A stretch of DNA of 64,000 nucleotides. Origin: Phoronis australis (lineage: Eukaryota; Animalia; Phoronida). The notes beneath the pieces are model-generated. The model was not told where the DNA came from. It worked only from the letters and a program-made list of their open reading frames with translations, and did no database searches. Position 1 is the first letter of the stretch. Every line of letters starts with the position of its first letter. A program made the position numbers and the translations under genes. This document shows positions 12,679 through 27,432 of the stretch, piece after piece. The stretch spans positions 850,345-914,344 of the forward strand of contig NMRA01000102.1 in assembly GCA_002633005.1 (NCBI GenBank). Reading direction: 5' to 3'.

Positions 12679-14225
12679 TCAGGTATCTTAAAAAGTGAGC
12701 CATTTTTGACAAGTAATTTTTCAGCAATTGACCAACCAAATTCGTTCAAATTTTACAATTTGTATTCAACGTGTTATCAACAAGTCTACAAAGTATCTTG
12801 GTGAAATATTGAAAATTATGGAAGTAACGTGAAATTTAATACAGCAGGGTAAAATCCAATATCACTGTGACTTTCATCGTCTTCATGTTGCGCTGACATC
12901 TGTCAGTCAAAAAATTGTCTGCAGGGGTCTCAAGTCTACGGACTTTTTGTCAGATCTCTACCCAAATCATTTTGTCCAATATTTCGGTTTGTAAGGATGC
13001 CTTTGGGTGAAAGTGGTAAATTTACTCTTGAAACCTGCTTCAAGGTGAAGGATGGGACACCAGAAGAATCGTAACAGAGTTCCCAGGAGTGGAGTCGTGC
13101 CACTGTAAAAAGAGTTAATGCTAAAATACAGGCAACACTGGTTCTGTTGCGCGTCAACTTAAAATGACACTGGGAGGCCCAAGACTGCGTGTTCGAAAGG
13201 AAACGAGGATGGTGCTGAGCAACTGATTCAATTCAAAGAGAGAAACCCGGGGATTCACAAATCTCTGAGAGAAGTCTCAAGCGGTTTAAAAGTAAGCAAG
13301 TCTTCTGGCGAAACAATGGCAAAAAACTGGAGCTAATTTAACAGCCTTCAAAAGAATGTGTGTATCACGGAGAGACCAAAAACTCGATGCCGATATTTCA
13401 TGACCGCTATTCAACACCTGATGTGAAAAGAATAATTTTCATTGATGAAAACAATTTTACACTAGCAATCGCTAAAAATCGTCAAAGCGATCGAGCCTAT
13501 GCGAAATCAAACCGAGAAGTTCATCTTTCTAGACTCGATCATGAGACTTCCAGATTTTCCAAAAAAGTAATATGGTTTCCGCTGCAGTATCGCGGAAAAG
13601 GTTAAAACAACACTCAGTTTGTTGACGCTGGTGAAGTCAAAGTTAACAGTCAACCTCACAAGCAATTATCGACTGACAATCTTCGCCCGTATTGCAGGCG
13701 ACTTTATCCGGCTAACACTTTGCGTGTCATTGCAAGATGGGGCTCCTTCACACACGAGCAAGATAATCCAGGCTCGTCTGGAGCAGGCCACACCAAATTA
13801 CATCAAAAGAGATGAGTGTCCTCCGCTCGGGCCTGACTGCAATCCAATGGACTAGGTCACATAGGTGTCTTTGAAGGAGAAAGTTTACCGGGGAATGAGA
13901 GGCAAATTGACTGAACAAGAGTTTAAAGACAGGATAATCATGTATTGGGAGGAAATCTCGATGGAAGAAATACGGAAAAGCATTTCTGGTTGAAAAAACA
14001 GCTCCGTACATTCGTGAAGGAATTTGAAGGCCACATTAAAGGAGCTTCCTTTGGTGTTTTATTTTTTGGTCTGGTGTTTTTAATCCGATAGTACTCCCGT
14101 GGTTGGACACAGATATTTGTTGGTGATATCCTGAGGTTCATCTGTGAGAAATTTGAAAAAAATCGGTTTAGCGGTCATTGAAAAATTACTCGTCAAAAAG
14201 TGGCTCGCATGTTTGGCACACCTAA
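12679..14225 (+). mobile_element. Degenerate Tc1/mariner-superfamily transposon, DD37D (maT-type)
   Basis: TA flanks; imperfect TIRs (TCAGGTATC..GAGCCATTTTTGACAAGTAATTTTTCA vs TTAGGTGTG..GAGCCACTTTTTGACGAGTAATTTTTCA); broken transposase with IIFIDE, QDGAPSH and PDCNPMD, 37 residues between the 2nd and 3rd catalytic Asp. Confidence 0.85.
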
Positions 14226-16726
14226 TATATCTCAATTTCGTTTGCTTACCTGCACTGTTAATTTCAGAGACGAGTTACGCAAAATGACCTCTTTGTTTTT
14301 TTTTAATATGAGCTGAGACCCGGAAATCGCTTTGGCATTATATCCAGATTCTCAATCAGTCCCTTGCATACATTCACTAGTAAGACCTCTTTGTCCTTTG
14401 TGTTCAAACTCGTTGCATGAATGATGTGATCGTAAATAGTCTGTAAATCATTCCTGTCATCGACCAAGGTTTGTCATACGAACCACTCGCAAGTTACTCG
14501 ATCATTCCAACTCACCAGTGGAACGATTCGGGTGGGGAAAGCCATTATTCGCTAGGGACAAAGACACTTCTGTTAAAAGCCAGTGTCGAGGTTTCTGTCA
14601 CACGTTTCACAATTCCTGGAAACTTCGTTGTGTTGACATGGATCCCTATTTTAATCTTAAGAGACAAACTTATACATATGCATGTACCAGCTGTCAACCC
14701 GTAGAACCATATATTTTCCAGTAGCAATAAAATAACTCTTCTACAGTCACGTGACTTCCGCAGAAGTGCCCAACACGTCGTGTTCGTGAAATCTATTACG
14801 CACGGGTAAATGTGCAAAAGCTTGTCTGGGATGTGAAGTCGATCGTCAAGAATGAACACTTGTAAACTTTCAAAATCCCTATTCACGTGAACGTGTATAT
14901 AGTTTACGCGTGACAACAAAATATTGTGATCTCTTCATTCAAGCACCCATAAAATATCCCGCCGCTTCGGTTCAATGATAGGTTTGCTGCAATAAGACAA
15001 AAGGCTTCTTTTACTTTATATCCATTGTATTTTAAAATGTTTTCAGTCGACACCTTGCGACTGCAAGTTCTTGTTGATTTGTTAAACCCTGACTCGGAGG
15101 AAGCCGGTTGCCCTCCCTACGTCGCCAATACAGGATATCAATAGTTATTCAGAAAAAAGATACGCACGTTTTCTATGTTTTTGTTGGCTATAAATTTTCC
15201 AGGGAAAATTAATGTCTAGATTTGTTTACCAAGTAAGCTACATACCCTTGATAGATAAATAATTGAAGGAATTCGCAGCACAGAAATGCTGAAGCTTAAA
15301 TAAGTTCAGTGTCTGCGTGAATTGGGAAAATTTCAATAAAAGTTATAGGATACTCGTTGTTTTAGTGTGTCCAAGTAAAATATTCTTTCAGTTCCTCAGT
15401 GTGGGTGCACCGAATGTAGTCAACTACTGTACTCTAAGTAAGACCCTCGAAAATTTTCGCAAATTCCGAAAAATCATATCTCAGAAATGGCAGATCGGAC
15501 TCATATGAAACTTGCAGATATCATTTCCATGCACTGTTCTCTAACACTTTGTTAGAAATTGTTTTAAATTTTCCGATTTTGTATAAGGGTATTCAAAATA
15601 GCACTTTTTATGAGTGGCTTAAAACGAAAACGAAATGATATTAAAGAAAACTAACGGCTTGTTTGAGATTTCATCTTGTACATTTACGTCAAACAAAATT
15701 TAGTTTTGTTACTGATACCGTTAGTTTGTCTCTATGCATTAGCTGTCTAACCTTAATTTTTGCTATTTCTACGTGGCATGGTCACGTGATGCAATTAATA
15801 GGATATTTGTATGAAGCCGAAAATCAGGTTCTACAGACTGTCTACTTTCAGAAAGTACTTAGTAAATTAAAAACGCTGGGTTTGTAGATACTTGACTGAT
15901 TACACACAAAAGTCGATAAGGTCCAACTTAACTTCTTGGGCGAAAGCTGAAACCAATGAGCACACACACAGACTAGTGTGCGAAAACGTTGAATAAGAGT
16001 CAGTGAATAAATACCACCTATTTGATGCTAACATGATCACTTACGCCACGCTCACTGGACGCGTGATAAAGAAACTTGAAAAAACGACGGGCATAAGATA
16101 CATGTATATTACATCAGACGGTGACAAAACACGCTGTTTACGGATTAGTAAACATGTGTGTGCTTACTCCCTTTAGTTGAGGGACAATATTGGCCACGCT
16201 TCGAATGAAGCCGAATGTGTCTCGCGGCTTTGTTCCCGAGTAAGATGTCAATAAAAGTTTCACACGTACATGAAACAAGTTTTAATACGTGATGGTCACT
16301 ACCTGGGCTTATTATATGATTTAGGCACATTATGAAGATTAAACACAGTAGACGTCAATACTTCGGAGACCAAAAGTATTCCTATTGACCACTGTGATTC
16401 AATGCGGGATCTCATCGTTCTAAGCCAAGTCGTTACGCAGCAGCGGTCAATATAAATAATTATAGACTCAGTAATTTTAAATGTTTGTGAAATTAAAAAC
16501 TTGTTAATTTGTCCGAATCATATACCAAACAAAGATCATTGATTAGGAAATATTGACCGCTGGTGAGTTTAAGATTTGCCCAAATTATTTTGTTATTGTG
16601 TAATCTGGCTACAGCATGTGGCTGGATTGTGTCTCATCTTGTCGTAACGTATGCTAGTGATCTCAATTCGTGTTGTAGGACGCATTTCTAAAGTTTAACC
16701 GCCGTTACTTCCACCTGACGTCAACA

Positions 16727-19700
16727 ATGAGCGAAATATGGGAGAACGACGAACTGAAAGAAAAGCTGCTGATGCTGAGTCCAGCTTTACAGGTACAGTG
16801 TACATGTACACTGGATAACGGTTTCACGAACGCCCTTCGTTTTCAACCACAAGTCCAACGTTCGATTTGCGCCAATGACAGTTGTGATCCGGCTTTTTTC
16901 CTTTGTCGGTGAGCCTAGGTCTAGAAATGAATCTGGTCGGGTGACTATCGTGAGCTATTGCCCGAAAGATTTTGAGTCTATTTTTTCGGACCAACGCCTG
17001 TATGAAAGTCACATGCAGTACAAAAATGATTATTTCGTTTCCTGTTTGGTATGAGAAAGTATCCGATGTATAAACACAGTTACTTCGTTATTCATAAAAC
17101 AAGTATTTACTTGGAAATGTGGAATGTGCACAGCTGGTTGAGATTCAACTAGTAAGTAAAATGTGAAGAAAATAACGTTATGTCCTGCATGAGGAAAGTT
17201 AAATGTCCATATTGTTTTGTCAATAGTTTATAGGAGATGGCGCCAGTATATTAAAACAGGCATGTTAATTTTGTTTTCTGAACACTGTCCATTGTAGTCA
17301 GCATTTATGCAAACAGTCGAGCGATTGTACAACAAAGAAAGCGAGGTTATGCTATCCTTTATCGAAGAAAGTCGATTGGACATGCAACTTACTGCAGAAG
17401 AAATCATGAGAGAGCAAGAGGCCCTGCGAGACACGTCAAATCTGTTTAAAGGTAGGTGCAATGTACTGCTGGACATTGCTGAAGTCAATAAAAAGTTCAA
17501 TTGTTGAATTTGATCGGCCCCGTGACATTAAGGCATTCCTGGCTATAAGTTCCCATGAGTTGAACGAGGACCGCATAAACGGCTAACCCCATAGAATACC
17601 GTACACGGAATAGTTTCTCTGATTGAACAACGCTTAGTCGGTTCCCACGAGGTTGTTGGTGCCGTTTTCGAGACCGTACTCAGAAGTGAGATCTACCTCA
17701 GTGTTGCAGGACCCTGAGGCGGCGAGGTTACCGGAAACCAAACCCGTTCTCAGAAAGTCCAAGCCGTTTTATTTTTTATGAAAAAGACAGAGAACGGACA
17801 AAACAGGCTTAGAATGCAACGGCCACTGTGTTCTTAAGACGCCGGCACGCTACAAACGAGTTTAAAGAAAAAACGTAAACATAAATACTTAGCAAAACTG
17901 TTAATTAAACGCAGCTCAGTTTTCCACCGAAAATTTTAACTGGAAGGGCGGAAAACTGACAACAAATATATGACAACGAATTAATCCTGACCACACGGTG
18001 TCAAATAATCGTTTATTCGGTTCCCTCCAAGCTTTCCCCGTCTTCGAGATGGTGCTGAGATCTGTCTCGATGTGACAGCGCCTTACATGAGGCCCAGTAA
18101 AACTGCAGTACTGGGGAAATATACAAGTATTATAAAATACGTGTAAATCGATTTAAAAAGTACATCTACATCTGCACATCTGCTGCCAAAGAATGCGAAC
18201 TGAGTAAAACTTATAACCCAGAAGTACAGTTCATGAATTCATGACTGCGTAACCATAACCATGATACGATTGCACTTTTGCCTTCTATCAATCTCGAAGA
18301 ACAAAATATTGTGAGACAATTTGCCCATGGTATTTTGCAATTTAAACATTTTTACTATTTGTTTGTCCAGGAATGAAAAAAGACGAGAAGATTCGACCTC
18401 CTTCGTCCCACGACAGACAAGCGGTCGATAACTACTTGCGTCAGAAAGCAGGGGCAGTGGAGGATTCGTTAACAGGTAACCTGGACAGTCTTGGGTTAGA
18501 CCTGGACTTCGTTACTTTGGACGATGATGAAACGGAGATGATGACGAAGAAGAAAGAAAAAAAGAAGAACAAGAAGAAGAAGCGAGCACAAACTAATGAA
18601 GACGTGACCGTGCTAGATATCACCGAGATATATCAGGAGGTGGGTACATGGTAAATCAATGGAGACGTGTTAGTATATGGAATTACTATGACATCTCGAG
18701 AGGCGGGTACATGACAAATCAATGGAAACATGTCCGTGCGTGGCATTACCGAGAAACATAAGGAGGTGGGTTCCTGCTGTCGCGTTTGAGCAGACAGAGG
18801 GGCTTAGTGCTTTAAGTGTCCGCTTCCTTTGCACACTGCTACACCTCGAGTCAAATCTCTAGCTCCTCTTCTAGGTTTTAACTATTTACAAGTAAGACTT
18901 CAACATGGTCTAGGTGATTAGTTCAATGGGCTGAGTGGCCTGCCGACGTCTGGTACAACGAGTATCTGAGCCCATTGAATATTTTTTACCTGTTGATGCC
19001 GCATACTTAGTGTTGACTTGTCCTAAATTTGGTGGCTTGGGCCACAATATGTTAACGCATGACATACAACACATTTTACGGGGTTCCCGTAGAAGCAGTT
19101 GGTAAGCCTCTTGACGCCAGCTAGGGTGGTTGTTTCCCTCCCTAAGGCGTCGTTTCAGGGGCGAATTTTGTCTTAGTGTTATAATTACAAGAAGCATCCT
19201 ACCATGATTTTCTATACGTGCACGGTATCGAAGGAAAAACTTAGAAAGGTTTGTAATTTTTGACAAGGAAAATTATTCTACTGACGCTTGGATAAGTGCT
19301 TCGTGACTGTCGCTGACTCAGATGTTTGTTTTGTTAGAAAAAACGACACAACCAGGAAATACTGAAATCGTGTGTAATACTAAAAACAAATAACACAACT
19401 CTTGGCTTTTTTTTAACTCGCACTTATCGATTCGATAAAATTGATTTTTTCTGCCCAAACCTCGACATTTCCGAGAAATTTAATGACACCGACACATTCT
19501 AAACACCGTCAACAAATGTCATGACTACGATTTTTTCATGTTATCTGCAGTATTCGTATGATTGGGTTGAATATTAACATGCTCCTTTCTTCCGCAGAGT
19601 TTGTCGTAATTGTTCATGGCTTTACATCAGATAAAGGGAAAACCCATTAAAAGTCACGTTCTCTTTTACATCAGGAAACAACAGAGATGTTACGAGGTTT

Positions 19701-22700
19701 AAGCGCCAATGCGCGAAAACAAGAGAACGAGAGAACGCGTCAGGCAGAACTTCTGAAAGAAAAGAAGGAGCAGCGAAGACAAAAGAAGCAAGCTGTGGAG
19801 GAAATATTGGAACAAGTGAAAGGCCAAGAGGAAATGTATGCCATTTTATGCATTCTCACAAACCTAATGAAAATCTTGTTGCACATCATTTCCATTATTC
19901 ACTCTACCGTTCAGACGCGTACATGTAAGTTACTGAGATCACACAAGATGCAGGACTTGAAACAATTGAAAGTTTAATTCCGCAGCATGATGCAGCCGGT
20001 AGGACGCCAGAATACCCAAAATAGCCTCCACTGAATAACATTCTGGGAATAGATAGTACATTTAATATGTCATCTCATGATGCACACCGTTTCCATTGCG
20101 TTATCCCTCCTGCACCATCTCTTGAATGCTCACCCCAGTCATATAACACCAACAATAAATATTGGTCCCGATGTCTCAGTGGCTGGAGGGTCTGCACGGC
20201 TAGCAGAATGTCTGGGTTCGAGTGCCGGTCGGGGGGCAGAAATCTTTTCGAACTTATATTCAATAGGTCACGTGACGTGACCAAAAAGATAGCGTGCTGA
20301 CAGGACAACTTGTTCGCAATAAATTAGTCATTACGATGCGTGACATTGTTCTAATGCGAGATGTCTTAGAATTCCGTCGTTTATCGGTTATATACTATTT
20401 ATAAACGAAAACAAAATATCCTTTCACATCAATTAATTTACGACCTGTCAGCATTCAAATGAAGTACCACTCTAGCGCTTAACGTAGGCATAAATCAATG
20501 CTACTCAAACGCATTTCAAATTAGAATGTTTTGTTCACCGCTTAGAGAGAAACAGTTCGTTAATTATAATTACGGTATACGTTACCAGTATTTCCATAAA
20601 CAGAAACATTATTCGTTCGTGTTAAATTTTTAGAACTAATCCTCAAATATCGATTTTGTATGTAAACTAAGTTACAGCCAATGGCACTTCACATAAAAAA
20701 TAGTTTACTCGCATTATTCATTGCTGTCCTTGAATAGTAAGGCAAACACAGGCAACTTAACAGTCACTTATCTGCAAGACATTTACGCAAGACCGTTTAG
20801 GATTCTTAACGTACACAAAAGATCCTCGAAGATCCTGTGCTTGTACCGAATGCTAATTATGCGCTCATAAGGCTGTAACTTTCACAAACGTAAACGCACG
20901 ACATTAACCGACACCGGCTAACAAGATGTCACAATTATCAGGACTGCGTGCCGTATGCCCAGGATTAGTCACGAAATTGAGGCTAGAAATCTTCGCTGCC
21001 TTATGAAACGGCTCCTAATTCACCAATTCCATCACATTTTATATGATTCCAACCTCGCGGACCAATCGCTTCAGCCATTTAGCTGGATTATGCGTGCAAG
21101 GACCCAGCCATACTTGCGAAGCACTCTCCTGTCACTTGTGTGATTTTGCGTGGCCTTCTGTATTCTCGCCTTTCTCTGTAAAACTTGATCTGTTGGACGC
21201 ACCCCTGGAACTTATTGGTAACGAATGAATCCTTATTGACTATAATGCACGATAAGGATTGTGGGATAACGGTCAACCAGAGAGGCACCGGCAGCCATTG
21301 TATATATATTGTATATACAACTTCATCTTTGCAGCATTTCAAGCAGCCTGGAGTTCCGTATATCATAGATACGGGCAAACAGGTAGCACCAACCCAATAT
21401 CAGGTTACACCGTATCAACCAGACGATTGTCTGTGTGACACTTTCGGAATTCTGGAATAGAAGACTTGTATGCGACAAATATAGGCTTTGGGACGTGGGG
21501 GTACCGATTTCCACTGTACGAGAGACAGTCGGTTCCAAGGGGGTTTCTGACTGAGCTTGTTGTAAAGCTAGTCGCCATAGCACGGCGGATTGAGACATTA
21601 TAGCCTACGTGCAGGTCAAAGTATATCCTGACTCTCTCAAAAAGGAGTCCAAAAGCTTTGGCAACGATTCCCGGTACGACATGTTTCGTTTTGGGGCTCC
21701 TAAAATGTTGATTGACGTCTAGACTTGGGATTTATTTCGTTTAAAAAATTTCTAGTAAACTCGTAGTTAATGTCTATTGATCCATGTTCAAACAAAGTAC
21801 ACCATGGTAATAGCAAATACTAAATTGTTTATTCTCATAATTGCACCCTTTGCGCTAATGTGGCACATAATTGAATAAATCACCAGTTTGCATGCGACAA
21901 CTGCACTAAGCTAATATTTCGTTACCCCAACGCCTGAGCGAGCGTAAACCAGACTGTGACTAACACACTCTAATCGATTCATGAATTAATGCTCATGGCT
22001 TAGCTGAGATGGTGAGGAATCCTATCCACTTATTTGTCTTACGATGCATAGATTATAAACATTCAAAGACCGCTAATATTCACCTTCAATTTGAGTATAG
22101 CCATGTTGGTCGTTTTGCCTTACTTGTGAATCTTCTTTTTCTTAAACCTCGTACGCTAACAAGGGCGGATCCAGGATTTTGGGTTACGGGGGTCAGGGAA
22201 GACTATTAGCCAGGATTTTGCCCGTCACTGAAACATTCGCACCCCCGAACTGCCAAATGGAACCTGGTATATTTTAGGGGCCGGAGTCATGGCTCCTTGC
22301 CCCACCCCCTCTAAATCCGCCACTGGCTAAACAGGCGTGCCAATTTACGACTCCAAGTATCGCATTCAACTCGCTCTGCCTAGCCCATAAACAACGACTT
22401 GCTCACTTCACTTCGTGACGGCGCCATCAAGCCTTTGATGTGAAAGTGATGACAATGAATTAATTGCAAAAACGTTGGAAATGTATGTTGTTCATAGATT
22501 CTGATATCAAATCTTTATCAAGTTCCAAATGGTTAGCACTAGTATTGTTGTTCTGGTAGTTCAGAATATAGTAGTACGTTTTCTGGCCAATAGGAGGCGC
22601 GGTTAAAAATTTTCTATTTGTCTTTTTGAGCAATTTTCCACTTAATGTCATAATATTTATCACTTTTCTTGTCCGGTAACTTCAAATGAACATAACCCAA

Positions 22701-24029
22701 CCAAATTATCATTCAGTTTGAGTCTAGTGTTGTTGGTTTTTGAAGATTGGTCCGGTTTTCTGTGCCAAATTTTGCCAATAGTCAGATTTTTTAGGTTAAC
22801 TTTCTCGAAAACGTGCAAGTCAAACCTTGGGAACTTTTTTTAGATTCTTAAAGTTTAGTACTTAATGACCTTAAAAAACAAAATTATCTTGCCCCCAAAA
22901 CGTAGCAAGAAGTGATTTTCTAGACTTCCTACAGTCGAATGGACTATGGCCTATCTGAATCCAGCAACTGAAAGATGGTTTTAACTTACAGTTTACCTCG
23001 ATAGTTGCCGACCAGTGATTCATATGACGGTTATTTTGCTAGAACCCACGAGAAACGATTCCGATGTTACTGACGAAATCGTGTTCCCCTTTTTACGTGT
23101 GCGAAATTGCGTGGTCTTGCCCCATCTCACTTTTCTAGCAAGAAAATTTCTCTACATAAGACGACTCGGGATAACATATACATGTAGACCACCCCAACCA
23201 CCAGATGTAGCTATGACAAGCCTGTATTAGCTAGATAGCAGGTTTTGGTTTCAAACTGCGCAATCTACACATCTCTAAAACCTGCCCGAGGCTATGAATG
23301 AAATATAGGGGTCATTCAAAATCCAGCACAATAACCTTTCACATTAAGTGAAGGAATAATAAATGGGAAATAATTGGCGGATGAAAATTAATTCCTTAAG
23401 TAATTTGATACTAGATTTTGGAGACTGATTCTCGTATTTTCCACAGGTTGACTAAGACAAAAGACCGACAGAAGCAGATGCTTGAAGAAAGACTGGAAGA
23501 GAAACGTAGGAGGAAAAGGGCGGAGAGTCGTGAGTCAAGCTTTGTTAGCACCGTGTCAGACGACAGTGGTGTAACACTGGGAGTGAGGTCGCCACGTAGT
23601 GCATTGAGAGAGGAAGTAATCAACATTGAAGAAGACATACAGTATGTTCAACCAAAGAAAACGAAGAAAGGAAAGAAGCACCAAGAAGAGATAGACGTGT
23701 CAGACATCTTGGAGGATGTAGAATTGCCCAAAAAGGAAAAGAAGAAAAAGAACAAAACACAAGAAATTGTACTCGACGTGAACGAGCTCGAGGAAAGTCA
23801 GATGAAGAAAAAGAAAAAGGGTAAGAAAAAGGATGTTGTTGATCAAGACATTGCTGCTTTAGACGACTTGCTGAACGATCTTGGTGACGAAGCTCCAAAA
23901 AAGAAAAACAAAAAGAAGGTCAGGGCAGACGTGCCAGAGGACCCGGAACTCGAATCTGAAGACGCAAAGAAAGTAAAGAAGAAGAAAAAGAAGAAACATC
24001 AAGATGAAGATGCGATAGAAGACTGGTAA
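16727..24029 (+). CDS. Five-exon gene for an uncharacterised ~410-aa Lys/Glu-rich coiled-coil/disordered protein (exons 16727-16792, 17298-17451, 18371-18639, 19675-19835, 23447-24029)
   Basis: All GT-AG junctions chain in phase (0,1,0,2); total 1233 nt = 410 aa + stop; links ORF-track pieces 16727, 17307, 18373, 19687 and 23418. Confidence 0.85.
18595..18771 (+). repeat. 63-bp tandem repeat (~2.8 copies) spanning the exon-3 splice donor
   Basis: Units start at 18595, 18658 and 18721 (aatg.a.acgtg...gaggtgggtacatg...aatc). Confidence 0.8.
22162..22325. mobile_element. Degenerate hAT-like MITE
   Basis: Ends AGGGCGGATCCAGGATTTT ... AAATCCGCCACTG; same end family as CAGTGGCGGATCT at 58338. Confidence 0.5.
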
Positions 24030-27000
24030 CTGAAGATTAATCCCAGATGAGGACAAGTCTCTCCAGGAAACTCTGTTTTTAAAGAGAAAAATTAGCATAC
24101 TATCTCTCTTGCATGGGTTCAAAAAGCAATACGTTGATCCGATCTTTTATTTTCAAGAGAATGCAGCTCTTGCAAGGTTAAGCGATTTCATGAAATTAAA
24201 AATGCTATTATTCCGGAAACTGAGATTTCACTCTGGAATGGGAACTAGTTTTCGGATATGTGTATAAAGTTCAATTATATAAGGAGCACTGTGTTTTAAC
24301 GCGCGTTGTAAAACGAAGAGGTTAAATTTTTCTTGTGTTTGAATGTATGTCTCACATCTTTTCGAACTAATTGTAACTTAAATCCATGATTAATGTCCCC
24401 CCGGAAACCACATTGTACATGGAACCCCAGTGTGTTCTGCCTGAAAACGCGTGCTGTACAATACACGCTTTAACCCTGATTTCGTTGTTAAGACGCACTC
24501 AGCTTACAAGCCTTTTTTATTTAGTATGAATGAGAGCAATGCACGTGTTACCCAAGGAACATGCATGCACTCCATATACGTGAAGACTATTTACGGAGTA
24601 TCAGGTCATAGACGAAATAACGGACCCCTGCATCATCCATTACGACGTATCTGTTCCAAAGCCAGATTAATTGCTCTCGTGCTACACTGATGTTGACTAT
24701 TTTCCAAAAATACTCATGTAAATGATCAGCCATACATGTACATACATGTGTGATTAAAACCCATTCAGCAGACCGCGTGATTTGTGCTCAAATGGGCGTA
24801 ATTCAAAACAGTTTGTATAAGTAATCAATTACGAAGCAAATGGTCTAAGAATTCTACAAATTCGGGGAACATCAGTACCTTTTTACAGGGGGTTGACTAA
24901 CGCAAAACCATGCGTCATTTGTGATATTACATCTGTTAGAAGTTAATACATTGTTAGCATGTATTTTCCCTCTCTTTGTCTCTCTACTCTACAGCAGCTC
25001 TAAAGGTTTCGCTTTATATTTAATGTATGACTATTTGTTTTCGTTGTGTCCTTGATTCACCTGAATTACGACTTTATTCATAAGATGCCAAAATCTAAGT
25101 TGATGGCTTTACAGAGGACAGGTTCTGTGACGTAGTTGCTCACTTGCCATAGAAAATAAAATCAAGCCTACGTTCTGTGCACCCAAGACAATTGCCAAGC
25201 ATCTGTGATAAGAAATATTCGCTTATCGAACGGAAATAGGGAATCGTGCTCAATATTCCATGAAATTTTGCGGAAGGACGTTAGTGAGCTCATGAGCGTA
25301 ATCGAGAAGCATTCTTCTTTCACTCGCGTGATTTTCGTGACCTTTTTTCTGTGAGATTCATTCATCTTCGCAACACAACACAAGGTAACGTGGTGTAAAT
25401 CACGTTTCTAATCAGAAAATCTCGATCACGCAAGTGTCCAAAACACGCGAGTGCGTGAGAGCAAATGTTCGCGATTATGCTCGAGACCATAGACATCGTT
25501 TTTAGATGACTAAACTTTAAACTTTGCTAGTATATATGTAGCTTACCAAAACTGCAGTCACCGACGTAAATCGGTGCGGTGAGAATATTGGATTAGGTAG
25601 ATGATTTAATAAATTATTCGAAAGAATCATTGTTTCCGTCTCTTTGAGCCACGATTTCTCGCCACAGATGCATGGCTGAATGTCACGGGCTCTCCTTTTG
25701 CTCCACGGAATGGATCCCGTACCTTAGTATGTCGAAAGATGACATCTTTTCTCCAAAACTGTCTAAAAGCAATTTGCCCGAATCATTAAATTGGCTCGCC
25801 AATTTAGCAGGGTCATCACGTTTACAAACTGTGTCCAATTTTACAAGGTAACTAGCAACACATTTTAGTGATTTAGTTTTATCAAATACATGTCAGTGGC
25901 ATAAATCTTGAGATACATGTACACTAGTGTCTGTAGGAGCCATGGGCATTGAACACACGGGATAGTCGGATATGATACGTTTATTCTGAACAAGGTTGAC
26001 GTTATGCTTACTGTCCGACAAGGCCGGTTTCACTGAAACAAATATGACGAATAATAAGTCTTTGGAGATACAGCGTTCACGTTACAATACAATAAAGATA
26101 TTCCACGTAATACAGCATGGGCTAATTAAACAGTCTTACAAAATACGAGAAACAGCCAGTGAACTCTACGGTAATATGCGGAAAAATAGTATAAACTTAC
26201 AATGATATAGGCTCTAGGCTCCATAAAAACATCGTTAGCGTTGTACGCGTTACCAGTATAGCGGTTCATGTCAAGAAGGCCAGATAGTACCGGAAAGTCT
26301 GTTATATAAGAAGCTTAACCAATTGACACACGTAGTATGACGTAACCTTACGCACTGCAAAATAAAATAGTGCATCAACAGTGTCTGTTTAAACCAGCGT
26401 GTGGTTCCGAGAAACCGCTCAAACTAAAGACTCTGCTATAGTATGTGGTCGAGTTGCCGAATCTCGACCGGTGAGGATGTCAACGTAGGATTCTTTTCTG
26501 GCCAAGATTAAAATGGGTCCTAGGTCTTGGCCTACAGCAAGGCTTAATGTAACACTTAACCACTTTTTGGAATAAACCTTTAAATGCTGTGACGTTCATT
26601 CCGTGAATAATGGTTAACAGGCTTTTGGTTTCCATTCACCTGTTGGTGACTTCAAACTTGTCAAGTTTCGCCCCAAGCGAACACCGTCCTCCCGATATCG
26701 TGGACTGTCTTCTCCAGCACATGGCTTAGGCGGCAACTTGGTTTCATCCCTTGGTGAAAGCCAGGCTTCCTTTTGTAGGATTATAGTTTGTCGGTTAAGC
26801 TCCGGTGTTGAGCATCTTCGCAGTAAACCAGGTTCTGAAATGAGATCGACTAATAAGCAACGCTGCCATGCAGCCACGTGGTGCGTAAAGTGACAACGGC
26901 TGCACTTGATCGAGTTCGCCTGTTCCGTCGGGTCAAGGTTTTAAAGAAGTCGTTCTCAACAATCAACCAGACGCCTCAGTGAGTTGATCGGCGGTGCAGG

Positions 27001-27432
27001 CGAAGTCAATCAAATGACTAGAATCTCGCCTAAACTCGTACCAGAGCATTACAGTTGGCTTGGGGCTCATTAGAGATTACATCGTTATAAGCGATTACAC
27101 ATTCCTGAACTCAGTAAGGTACAAACTCTAAGCCTAGCTGGATTTTTGCATGCCTCTTTAAAGGCGAAGGCAACCTTTTTCCATGTCATTTTGAGCTAAA
27201 ATAATGTTGGTTGGTTATCCTAGACATATTTTCCACTTAATTACAGCTTTTCGTAATTTTATTAATTACTCGTCCGCTACGCCGGAAGTGACGTTTTAGG
27301 AGGCAAGCATTTCGCGCCAATTTCTTTTCATATACATGTAGTCTGACTGTGAGAGCTGCCGAGTCGGTCATTGTTCTACCTCGGTTGTGTTAAGTTCCGT
27401 CGTCGTTTGCTTTCATTTACTAGTCAGTCAAC

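Noticed and set aside
20950-21700. Possible decayed coding relic on the minus strand (FQGC.., RVLRKYGWVL..I) reminiscent of a Polinton-associated nuclease segment
   Set aside because: Only scattered residues across frames; cannot be supported without tBLASTx.
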